64,000 nt of DNA, taken from positions 1 through 64,000 of the forward strand of contig NIVC01001443.1 in assembly GCA_002269645.1 (NCBI GenBank). The letters are read 5' to 3'. Within the stretch, counting starts at the first letter, position 1; the number at the start of each line of letters is the position of its first letter. Source of the stretch: Macrostomum lignano. Taxonomy: Eukaryota. The translations under genes were made by a program, and so were the position numbers. Below are positions 24,501 to 36,500 of this stretch, one piece after another. Under the pieces are notes generated by a model. The model was not told the origin of the DNA. It saw only the letters and a program-made list of their open reading frames with translations, and did not search any database.

Positions 24501-26269
24501 ATCCCCCAGACTCCATCCTAGACACTCCAATCCCCCAGACTCCATCCTAGACACTCCAATCCGCTCCAGACTCCATCCTAGACACTCCAATCCGCTCCAG
24601 ACTCCATCCTAGACACTCCAATCCCCCAGACTCCATCCTAGACACTCCAATCCCCCAGACTCCATCCTAGACACTCCAATCCCCCAGACTCCATCCTAGA
24701 CACTCCAATCCCCCAGACTCCATCCTAGACACTCCAATCCCCAGACTCCATCCTAGACACTCCAATCCCCAGACTCCATCCTAGACACTCCAATCCCCCA
24801 GACTCCATTCTAGACACTCCAATCCGCCCAGACTCCATCCTAGACATTCCAATCCCCAGACTCCATCCTAGACACTTCAATCCCCCCAGACTCCATCCTA
24901 GACACTCCAATCCCCCAGACTCCATCCTAGACACTCCAATCCCCCAGACTCCATCCTAGACACTCCAATCCGCTCCAGACTCCATCCTAGACACTCCAAT
25001 CCCCCAGACTCCATCCTAGACACTCCAATCCCCCAGACTCCATCCTAGACACTCCAATCCGCTCCAGACTCCATCCTAGACACTCCAATCCCCCAGACTC
25101 CATCCTAGACACTCCAATCCCCCAGATTCCATCCTAGACACTCCAATCCCCCAGACTCCATCCTAGACACTCCAATCCGCTCCAGACTCCATCCTAGACA
25201 CTCCAATCCCCCAGACTCCACCGTCCAACCCAGCAAAGATATGCCAGAAAACGCACCCATCATTGGCCTGGCGACTCTCCTCCTCTTCGAGCTGCAGCTC
25301 CAGCACAGCGGTAGTCCTGTCCTCGGTGTTGGCTTCTAGCCGCTGCAATAGTCGCTGTCGCTGAGCGCAGAGGTAGGGCAGGCAGAGGAACCGGTGCACA
25401 TACTTCAGCCCGTAGCCATTTCGCATGGAGGACTCGGCGTAGCGGGTGATCTCGAGCCGCCGGCCGCTCTCCCGGATGGCCATGCGGGCCTGGTCGGCGG
25501 TGACGCTCCGGTGGTGCCCCATGTCTCGGTGATTGGCCAGAACCAGCACCGGCAGGTCCGGCGGCGCCCTGGCCAGCTCCCGCTCTACGTAGGCCATCGT
25601 CCAGGCCTTCGTCATGTCCAGCATCAGCACCACGCCGTGGCAGCCAGCGTAGGCTGCGGCCGCTGCCGCTTCGTCGCTGCCGGCTGAGCCGCCGCTGACA
25701 GCAGCTGTGGGGATTCAAGGATATGGACTGAACATCCCGGCATAACAGACAGCTCTTAACAGGACAAGATATGATCCTAACCTGCTCGAAAGCGAATCCC
25801 AGATCCATCCCGCACTCTTAAATGTTAGACAGTCTCTCTCACCCGAAGCAGCACCTCCCGGACTTCGATTGTCGCAGTCGTTGGCCAGTTTCAGACCCGC
25901 CCGAGCCCGCCTGGGCCGCCCGGAGTCCACGGCGTCCCACACCTGCAGCGTGGCAGATCTGGAGTCGCATTTCCAGCGAATGATAGCGGAGCGCGGGCGC
26001 TCAGTTGGCGCGTACTCCTCAATGAAGGCGCCACCCTGCAGGCGCGCCAGCAGGCAGGACTTGCCAACGCTACTGTCGCCGCGGATGACAATCTTTAGCG
26101 TGTCTGCCGGCTCCACCGCCTGGCTTCTAACAGGCCGGCGCTGCGCCAGCTGCTTTGGCTTGCCCTGCTGCTGCGGCTGCTGAGATGGCAGCAGCGATGG
26201 CGACCCCGCAGCAGTTTCTGCCTCACCAGGGCGTGTCGAGGGCTTCAGAATGCGGCTGATGAAAGACAT
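21535..26269 (-). CDS. RABL6: Rab-like protein 6 homolog, 5 exons, ~622 aa
   Basis: Exons 26269-25843, 25704-25257, 24173-24117, 23398-22772 and 21844-21535 (1869 nt, phases consistent). Motifs: LKIVIRGDSSVGKS, EEYAPT, LQVWDAVD, CHGVVLMLDMTK, ANHRDMGHHR, RYAESSMRNGYGLKYVHRF. Pro/Ser/acidic low-complexity middle, Lys-rich tail ending EEEELERFLNE. Exons 3-4 are less certain. Confidence 0.88.
21955..22510. repeat. 33-bp minisatellite in RABL6 intron 4
   Basis: ATGACCCACACTATGACCATTCTGAGAACAGCG and variants. Confidence 0.93.
23601..23684 (+). tRNA. tRNA-Leu (anticodon CAG), long variable arm
   Basis: GTCAGGATGGCCGAGCGGTCTAAGGCGCTGCGTTCAGGTCGCAG...GGGTTCGAATCCCACTTCTGACA. Intact acceptor, D, anticodon and T stems, A and B boxes, and a TTTTT Pol III terminator at 23690-23694. 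Confidence 0.96.
24392..25221. repeat. 28-31-bp minisatellite in RABL6 intron 2
   Basis: (ACTCCATCCTAGACACTCCAATCCCCCAG)n, about 28 copies. Confidence 0.95.
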
Positions 26270-29200
26270 GCCAGTCTTGCCCTGGCTGGCTACAGTAAAT
26301 TATATTCAAAATTTTACACTTGATTCTAGATTAGTTTAGTGACAGGCCCAATATTACAAGTGGTAATAATTGAGTCAATTATAAAATAGAAAAAAAACTT
26401 TCTGTGGGTTTTAACAATTCCATAGGCTTGAAGAACTTTGATTTTGGCAAAAATGCACTTTGTCCTTTCTTTTCATTTCTTGTCTGCCAAAAATGGGGGG
26501 CAACTGCCTCTGCCTCTTCCTAGGTATTCCCTGCTAATATTGCCATAATAAGAATACTTTCTATACTTAAATAATAAAGATTCTAATATTAGCTGCAATT
26601 TTTACCATTGGTAAATATTTCAAGTGGAATTATGAAAATTAGGTCATATTTTCTATAAACAAACTAATGTATGTCTGTAATAAGATATTAATAATAAATA
26701 TTAAGAATTTGCTATATTTAAGCTGTTAAATTTGTTCAATTTGCAAGCCCTACTCAAAAATATCTCTTTTAGATAAATATGCCTATTATGATATACTATA
26801 TATACATCCTTATTTCTTTTGCTAAATATTAAAAAAATAGAAAAAAAATCACATTTTAATGCTACATTTTGCTCATTGAATGATTTTAAATTTAAATTTA
26901 TATCAAATAAAGATAGTATTAATTAAGTTTAAATAAACTTTATAAACAAATAAAGAAATTTGACTTTAAAAATATAAAAGTATAGACTTAGGTATATTTA
27001 AAGACAATATTTTATAATATTAAACATTAATAAACAATGGCTATAAAAAACTGGTATATTAACTAACAATTAAATAATCAAACTTAATTAGTTTGCTAAG
27101 CCTATAGTTTATTTACCATAAACAAGTGTATTTATTAGTTATATCTCAATCTAAATTATTTATAATAATTTTTACTAGTCTAGTTTTTGTCTAGTTACTC
27201 ATTTTTGATCAATTTTTATTATTGTATAATACTAATAACAATAAATATTTTTAGGAACCATTCAGTTTTATAGCTAGTATAAAACCATTAATGACCTTTT
27301 TCATTCTTATCTAAATGACTTCTTCTAGTATCAATTTTACCTAAGTAATACTTAGGAAATAGGTGCTTTTATAATAAACACACTTATGTTTGAAAGAAAG
27401 ACTTTATATCTTATTTATACTTTATTAAACTCATTTTAGTTTGCCTATTTAAGATTTAGAGTCAAAATCTATTTTTTTGTGAAGTAGGAATACTATAGCC
27501 ATACATAAGCAATATAGCTAAATAGGAAGTGATTTTGTATTCTAGCACTACAGTCAGGAAGATGGCATTTTACCTAGAAAATTTCGGCGTACACAGGGAA
27601 ATTTTGGGCCAATTTTGGCATACATGGCGTACCACGGTTTAGAGAAAGTATCCCATGGTGTGCAATGGCATGCTACGACACATAATTGTACGCTGCACCA
27701 CCGTGGATGTGGGGCCCTGCCCACCCACAATATCCTGAATCCTGATGCATAAAATTTATTTTTTAAAAACTGTTTTTTAAAACTGAAAAGGAAAGAAAAA
27801 TGTTTTTTCTGGTGCTAGCACTAGGTTTTTAAAGTTTTTTTGCAATCAGGATGCAACATTTTTCAAAAAAATTTGGAAAAATTTTCCAATACTTTCCTAA
27901 ATAAATTTTGAAATTGGACATTGCAACTAAAAAGAAATCTGTGTCAAAATAATTTAATTAAATATAAAAACATTGCCATATATTCTAAGGACTCAATGGC
28001 AATAGACCATTCCCATTAAGATAAATGCTAAGTTTTCACTCTATCAGATAAATGATAATTTTATATAGAGATACAAATCCAATTAGTGTTGGATTTAAGT
28101 AGTATATAAAGGCTTAATTGTAGTCATTTTTTTTATATTGAGCCAAAGAACTATTATCAACTCCAATTAGAATTACTGAATTACATGTCGGTTGAGAGCA
28201 ATTAAACTTAGGCTATTAAAGACCTACAACGCATAAATAAAATTCCAAATATTATGATGTCTTTCTACTCAAAAGTTCCAATCCATCCCGTCAAGGCAAG
28301 GAAAGGCGTCGGGGACATTGAGTTTATGAGTGCAAACAAAGCTAATGTAAAATTTTAACTCATCGAGTAAAAAAATTCCGCGAAATAGTAATTTTTAAAT
28401 AATCGCCAGATAAGCAGCGCGAAGATATGTTTGTAGCTGCGTAAAAGTCACAAAAATGCATAAAAAAACCACCCAGCCCCAGGAGGTTGTAAAACGAAAT
28501 ATTGATGTTAATTATGCTCCTAGCAATTCCTAACCAAATGTCATTCATTTTATGCAACGTACTCATGTACAGCATTTAATGATAATATAGGCTACAGCAC
28601 GCACTTTGATCGAATTTCAAACGATCTACATGCTTATCTAGAACTCAACTACTCAGTAATTGATATGGTAAATTTAATTTCTGATGACAGTACATAAAGA
28701 ACATACTGTATAAATGTACTACAAAAGCAAAGGTACGTAATACGTTGGTAATGGTTAAGTTTTATTTACAGCTAGCTGGGCTTACCCTACCCGCAACTTC
28801 ATCACATGCGTTTTACTTTGAGAATAATGTCGTCATTTTTCATTTAGCGGAAAACTTTTCTACTGTTTTCATTATCAATCTCCCACGGATACTACTAGAA
28901 TATCTACGAGCGTAATTCTTAGATGGACCACTCAGCATATTTGCGTGTAAGCTACTTTCAGTTCAGTAAGTATTCTTATTTAAAGACAAGGCTTATTTCA
29001 CTGTCTCTTACCCCCCCAAGCTTAAACCCTCAAACTCCTTCTACCTCTACAATTCAGTGGCTAATGTACATTTATGGCTGAACCAATTAGCAAGCTGTTT
29101 ACGCCTGCAAGCTGGGCTTCTAAACTTATCAAAGTCATCTCAGCTGCCTTTATTCCTAGAATAGATTATGTATTCTTCATTGCTACTGAACTGAAAGTAG

Positions 29201-30560
29201 AAAGCTGTTTTGCATGGCCCCCATCTACTTATTCTAGTGTGTGTGACCTTCCGGAAAAATTAAAATACTTGTCCAGCTTTAAATAAGTAAATGTCCAATT
29301 GGTTTGCAGATTCATTACTGTCGTGTCGGTAAGACTACATGTACATGTACAGGCCGCAGCAACACCAATACGTTATGTACATTGGCTGCATGATGCGTGA
29401 AGTCCCCACTCTGTATGCAACAACTACTACCCTGCTACCAGATTTTGCGCTCCTACTCAATTTGCGTACTCGTAAGCCCGCGCATACGAGCGTATATGTT
29501 CTCATGTGTCGTTGTCTAGCGAACAGATTGAGCTGCGACCGCGGTAGCACCATATTTTAAGTCAAATTTTCGAGCATGTAATACACTTTGCCTGTGCGCC
29601 TAGTCTATTCCCCCAGTGTTAAATAAGCGGTGATAATCAGTAGCGTACCTCTCTGCCACCATAGACAAACCAACGAGATGGATAGACATGGATAGCGGAG
29701 ATAACCCAGGCCTCCTTCGCTCGGAGATTCTGTATGGCTCATCTCCTCGTATCAGGTGATTCTTGGTTATGTTTCAATGCTAACTTTCCGTAGGCTGACG
29801 TACGTAGCTAGCAATTGTTGCCATTAGATATGTACATTTCATAATGACAGTCAGTAAGACAATAAACCAAGCAACGCTCCTACAGAAGATTGTACTTCTT
29901 TACAACGACTAAAGGAACGAAAAACTCGCAAAGAATTTTTTTGGGATAGCCTAAACGCAGTAATAACCGGAGAATATGCGTCACAATCGATATATATATA
30001 TATTTTTAAACTATAATTATTCAAAAGGTTTCCTATAGGGGCATTCGAATTTTTAGAGGTGCACTCAAACAAAAAACACGGCACATAAGGCATAAAAAGC
30101 AAAACAGGATCTGAAACTCAAAAACAAAGGCAAAAACTGAAAATAGCGCAAGCTAAACATCCGTAAGGACTGTGGTATCAGGTAGTGCTGCAAGGTGCTC
30201 AGATCTAATCCTTCCAAAAAACTATGCTCTCTAGGCTTTCCTAACAGTTGTTTTTAAAAAAGGGCATTACCAAAAAAGAATACTCAAACTCTCAGTCAAA
30301 TGTACTCAAAAAGACAGAATAGCGCCTTAAAAAGCAGCCAAAAAAGAAACCGCAAGAAAATAATATTGTCTTCAACAAACTGACCTAAACAATGAACGCA
30401 TGCCGTGAAAAGGAAAGAAGCAACAAGTCTTTAAAACAGTGCCTAAAGCTACGAGCGTATGGGTGAATAGAAAAGATATGGTTAGATTCTCACAAAAAGT
30501 TAACAATACGAGGGGACAAGACAAGAATAAAGTCCAGAGTGAAAAACTAAAAAAAAATTC

Positions 30561-33500
30561 CTAATCCAGCTCCTTCTCCATCTTGATCAGCTCGGCGATG
30601 CCGTGGTTCATCTTGCTGACAGCATCGAACTCGGTGAGACCCATGCGCTCCTTGTTGGAGATGTCGTAGAGTCCGCCGACAGCCTCGGAGTGCTCACCGG
30701 CTGAGCCGCGCACCTGCAGCTGGAACCGGTCGGCCACGCGCTGCAGAGCTTCCTGGCCTCCAGCGGCCAGCTTGGGCAGCTTGATGTGCACCGAGGCGCG
30801 GATCGTGGTGCCCAGGTTCGTCGGGCAGAAGGTCAGGAAGCCGAGACGCTCGTAGTGGCTAAACGCCATCCGCTTCTCGATCTCGTTCACCGCGTTCACC
30901 AGCCGGCCGTAGACCTCCCGGATGCAGCCTCCCTTCTGCATCGAGATTATACGCATGTGGTCCTCCTCGCCGACCCACACTAGGAACGTCTTGCTGTCGT
31001 TGTGGTAGATGCCGCGACCCGTCGGCCAGTAGCGGCACGCGTTCGCCTTCTGCAGGAACCGGTCGCCCTCCTTGAACAAAAAGTGGTCGTCAATCAGCTG
31101 CTGCTGCACCTCCTTGGTCATCCCGGTCAGTGGGTAATACGTGCCCTTCAGCTCGCCCGACATGTCCTTCAGCGTGCCCGACACGAGCTCCTCCAGCTGC
31201 TTGTAGTGCTCCTCCGTCATGTTCGGGTTGAACGGGAACTGCTTCACCGACCTGCCGCACCGGATTCGGGTCGACACGACGTACTTTCCCTCCGGGTCCA
31301 CGTCACCGAACTGGTTCGGGTCGCCCAGCGTGCACGGCGGGTGCCTGTCAGTCCGCTTGAAGCCTCCATGGTACTCCTCGATGATCGGGTCGAACAGGTC
31401 GGCGAACACCGTGTACGCCTCGGCGTCGGGAGCGTAGACACCCACTCCGGAGTCGGGGTTCTCCACGCCTGAAAACAGTAATTTGCTTCACTTAATCCAA
31501 TGCTGTTACACCCTTTTGCAGCACCACAAAATACGTACTACAGCGCCGTAAAACCACATGTGTCCCCTTCTGCTCAATTGCACCCTAACCAAAAACTCAT
31601 ACCCAACTAGCTCAGAAGAGACTGCTCAAAAGATTATACTTAAAGGGTTCAGAAACCGTAAAAATATGCTTCATCTGCATGCTCTTCATCAAGAATAACC
31701 TATCAGTAACAAGTAAATACATCAGGCTTATCAACAACTCCAGTACCAACCCTTATTTGTAAGTAAATCAATTTGTACTAAATGATACACCAGTGTGAAT
31801 CGAAACAGATACACCAGTCTGAATCAAAACTGATACACCAGTCTGAATCAAAACTGATACACCAGTCTGAATCAAAACTGATACACCAGTCTGAATCAAA
31901 ACCGATACACCAGTGTGAATCAAAACCGATACACCAGAGTGAATCGAAACAGATACACCAGTCTGAATCAAAACTGACACACTAAACGGCACAATGACAA
32001 CCAGGTACTTAAGGACCTTTAATTAGTTCAGTGAAATTCCCCTTTAAGGTACAAAGAATGCATGCACAGTTGAATGAGAACCGTGGTCACTAATGTATTA
32101 CTGCGTTAATTTTGTCAGCAAAAACAATATCCGTGCATTGTTGAAAATTGTAAGCAAATGCCGGTATGAATACTTCAGTTTTAGCAATGCGTACAATTCA
32201 ATAAACACGTGAAAGAACCAAGAAATCAGAGTCTCCTCACCAGACTGGATCACGTCCTTCAGAGTTGATCCGAATGACGGAGTGCTCATGTTCTTGAGCT
32301 TGTCGACCACCTCCTTGGTGAGGTGCTTCTTCAGCAGTGAGTGGCAAGTGGCGTCGCCCTGCAGCTTCTGGTAGCCGGCTTCGATGTAGCTGACGACCTC
32401 GGTGTCGACGCCTTGCTCGAGCGCCTTCTCCATGCGGATGAGCTCGGCGATGCCGTGGTTCATCTTGCTGACAGCATCGAACTCGGTGAGACCCATGCGC
32501 TCCTTGTTGGAGATGTCGTAGAGTCCGCCGACAGCCTCGGAGTGCTCACCGGCTGAGCCGCGCACCTGCAGCTGGAACCGGTCGGCCACGCGCTGCAGAG
32601 CTTCCTGGCCTCCAGCGGCCAGCTTGGGCAGCTTGATGTGCACCGAGGCGCGGATCGTGGTGCCCAGGTTCGTCGGGCAGAAGGTCAGGAAGCCGAGACG
32701 CTCGTCGTGGCTAAACGCCATCCGCTTCTCGATCTCGTTCACCGCGTTCACCAGCCGGCCGTAGACCTCCCGGATGCAGCCTCCCTTCTGCATCGAGATT
32801 ATACGCATGTGGTCCTCCTCGCCGACCCACACTAGGAACGTCTTGCTGTCGTTGTGGTAGATGCCGCGACCCGTCGGCCAGTAGCGGCACGCGTTCGCCT
32901 TCTGCAGGAACCGGTCGCCCTCCTTGAACAAAAAGTGGTCGTCAATCAGCTGCTGCTGCACCTCCTTGGTCATCCCGGTCAGTGGGTAATACGTGCCCTT
33001 CAGCTCGCCCGACATGTCCTTCAGCGTGCCCGACACGAGCTCCTCCAGCTGCTTGTAGTGCTCCTCCGTCATGTTCGGGTTGAACGGGAACTGCTTCACC
33101 GACCTGCCGCACCGGATTCGGGTCGACACGACGTACTTTCCCTCCGGGTCCACGTCACCGAACTGGTTCGGGTCGCCCAGCGTGCACGGCGGGTGCCTGT
33201 CAGTCCGCTTGAAGCCTCCATGGTACTCCTCGATGATCGGGTCGAACAGGTCGGCGAACACCGTGTACGCCTCGGCGTCGGGAGCGTAGACACCCACTCC
33301 GGAGTCGGGGTTCTCCACGCCTGAAAACAGTAATTTGCTTCACTTAATCCAATGCTGTTACACCCTTTTGCAGCACCACAAAATACGTACTACAGCGCCG
33401 TAAAACCACATGTGTCCCCTTCTGCTCAATTGCACCCTAACCAAAAACTCATACCCAACTAGCTCAGAAGAGACTGCTCAAAAGATTATACTTAAAGGGT

Positions 33501-36500
33501 TCAGAAACCGTAAAAATATGCTTCATCTGCATGCTCTTCATCAAGAATAACCTATCAGTAACAAGTAAATACATCAGGCTTATCAACAACTCCAGTACCA
33601 ACCCTTATTTGTAAGTAAATCAATTTGTACTAAATGATACACCAGTGTGAATCGAAACAGATACACCAGTCTGAATCAAAACTGATACACCAGTCTGAAT
33701 CAAAACTGATACACCAGTCTGAATCAAAACTGATACACCAGTCTGAATCAAAACCGATACACCAGTGTGAATCAAAACCGATACACCAGAGTGAATCGAA
33801 ACAGATACACCAGTCTGAATCAAAACTGACACACTAAACGGCACAATGACAACCAGGTACTTAAGGACCTTTAATTAGTTCAGTGAAATTCCCCTTTAAG
33901 GTACAAAGAATGCATGCACAGTTGAATGAGAACCGTGGTCACTAATGTATTACTGCGTTAATTTTGTCAGCAAAAACAATATCCGTGCATTGTTGAAAAT
34001 TGTAAGCAAATGCCGGTATGAATACTTCAGTTTTAGCAATGCGTACAATTCAATAAACACGTGAAAGAACCAAGAAATCAGAGTCTCCTCACCAGACTGG
34101 ATCACGTCCTTCAGAGTTGATCCGAATGACGGAGTGCTCATGTTCTTGAGCTTGTCGACCACCTCCTTGGTGAGGTGCTTCTTCAGCAGTGAGTGGCAAG
34201 TGGCGTCGCCCTGCAGCTTCTGGTAGCCGGCTTCGATGTAGCTGACGACCTCGGTGTCGACGCCTTGCTCGAGCGCCTTCTCCATGCGGATGAGCTCGGC
34301 GATGCCGTGGTTCATCTTGCTGACAGCATCGAACTCGGTGAGACCCATGCGCTCCTTGTTGGAGATGTCGTAGAGTCCGCCGACAGCCTCGGAGTGCTCA
34401 CCGGCTGAGCCGCGCACCTGCAGCTGGAACCGGTCGGCCACGCGCTGCAGAGCTTCCTGGCCTCCAGCGGCCAGCTTGGGCAGCTTGATGTGCACCGAGG
34501 CGCGGATCGTGGTGCCCAGGTTCGTCGGGCAGAAGGTCAGGAAGCCGAGACGCTCGTCGTGGCTAAACGCCATCCGCTTCTCGATCTCGTTCACCGCGTT
34601 CACCAGCCGGCCGTAGACCTCCCGGATGCAGCCTCCCTTCTGCATCGAGATTATACGCATGTGGTCCTCCTCGCCGACCCACACTAGGAACGTCTTGCTG
34701 TCGTTGTGGTAGATGCCGCGACCCGTCGGCCAGTAGCGGCACGCGTTCGCCTTCTGCAGGAACCGGTCGCCCTCCTTGAACAAAAAGTGGTCGTCAATCA
34801 GCTGCTGCTGCACCTCCTTGGTCATCCCGGTCAGTGGGTAATACGTGCCCTTCAGCTCGCCCGACATGTCCTTCAGCGTGCCCGACACGAGCTCCTCCAG
34901 CTGCTTGTAGTGCTCCTCCGTCATGTTCGGGTTGAACGGGAACTGCTTCACCGACCTGCCGCACCGGATTCGGGTCGACACGACGTACTTTCCCTCCGGG
35001 TCCACGTCACCGAACTGGTTCGGGTCGCCCAGCGTGCACGGCGGGTGCCTGTCAGTCCGCTTGAAGCCTCCATGGTACTCCTCGATGATCGGGTCGAACA
35101 GGTCGGCGAACACCGTGTACGCCTCGGCGTCGGGAGCGTAGACACCCACTCCGGAGTCGGGGTTCTCCACGCCTGAAAACAGTAATTTGCTTCACTTAAT
35201 CCAATGCTGTTACACCCTTTTGCAGCACCACAAAATACGTACTACAGCGCCGTAAAACCACATGTGTCCCCTTCTGCTCAATTGCACCCTAACCAAAAAC
35301 TCATACCCAACTAGCTCAGAAGAGACTGCTCAAAAGATTATACTTAAAGGGTTCAGAAACCGTAAAAATATGCTTCATCTGCATGCTCTTCATCAAGAAT
35401 AACCTATCAGTAACAAGTAAATACATCAGGCTTATCAACAACTCCAGTACCAACCCTTATTTGTAAGTAAATCAATTTGTACTAAATGATACACCAGTGT
35501 GAATCGAAACAGATACACCAGTCTGAATCAAAACTGATACACCAGTCTGAATCAAAACTGATACACCAGTCTGAATCAAAACTGATACACCAGTCTGAAT
35601 CAAAACCGATACACCAGTGTGAATCAAAACCGATACACCAGAGTGAATCGAAACAGATACACCAGTCTGAATCAAAACTGACACACTAAACGGCACAATG
35701 ACAACCAGGTACTTAAGGACCTTTAATTAGTTCAGTGAAATTCCCCTTTAAGGTACAAAGAATGCATGCACAGTTGAATGAGAACCGTGGTCACTAATGT
35801 ATTACTGCGTTAATTTTGTCAGCAAAAACAATATCCGTGCATTGTTGAAAATTGTAAGCAAATGCCGGTATGAATACTTCAGTTTTAGCAATGCGTACAA
35901 TTCAATAAACACGTGAAAGAACCAAGAAATCAGAGTCTCCTCACCAGACTGGATCACGTCCTTCAGAGTTGATCCGAATGACGGAGTGCTCATGTTCTTG
36001 AGCTTGTCGACCACCTCCTTGGTGAGGTGCTTCTTCAGCAGTGAGTGGCAAGTGGCGTCGCCCTGCAGCTTCTGGTAGCCGGCTTCGATGTAGCTGACGA
36101 CCTCGGTGTCGACGCCTTGCTCGAGCGCCTTCTCCATGCGGATGAGCTCGGCGATGCCGTGGTTCATCTTGCTGACAGCATCGAACTCGGTGAGACCCAT
36201 GCGCTCCTTGTTGGAGATGTCGTAGAGTCCGCCGACAGCCTCGGAGTGCTCACCGGCTGAGCCGCGCACCTGCAGCTGGAACCGGTCGGCCACGCGCTGC
36301 AGAGCTTCCTGGCCTCCAGCGGCCAGCTTGGGCAGCTTGATGTGCACCGAGGCGCGGATCGTGGTGCCCAGGTTCGTCGGGCAGAAGGTCAGGAAGCCGA
36401 GACGCTCGTCGTGGCTAAACGCCATCCGCTTCTCGATCTCGTTCACCGCGTTCACCAGCCGGCCGTAGACCTCCCGGATGCAGCCTCCCTTCTGCATCGA

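Noticed and set aside
24392-25221. RABL6 intron-2 repeat as another junction mimic (AGGATGGAG vs GG|GATGGAT)
   Set aside because: The match is too short and the unit length (mostly 29 nt) is not a multiple of 3.
26300-30500. AT-rich intergenic region with short ORFs and possible MITE ends
   Set aside because: No convincing TIR/TSD pair or coding signal found.
32098-32240. Hydrophobic tail [16 protein letters not shown]... on each kinase ORF as a membrane anchor
   Set aside because: It is read-through into an AT-rich intron past a strong G|GTGAG donor.
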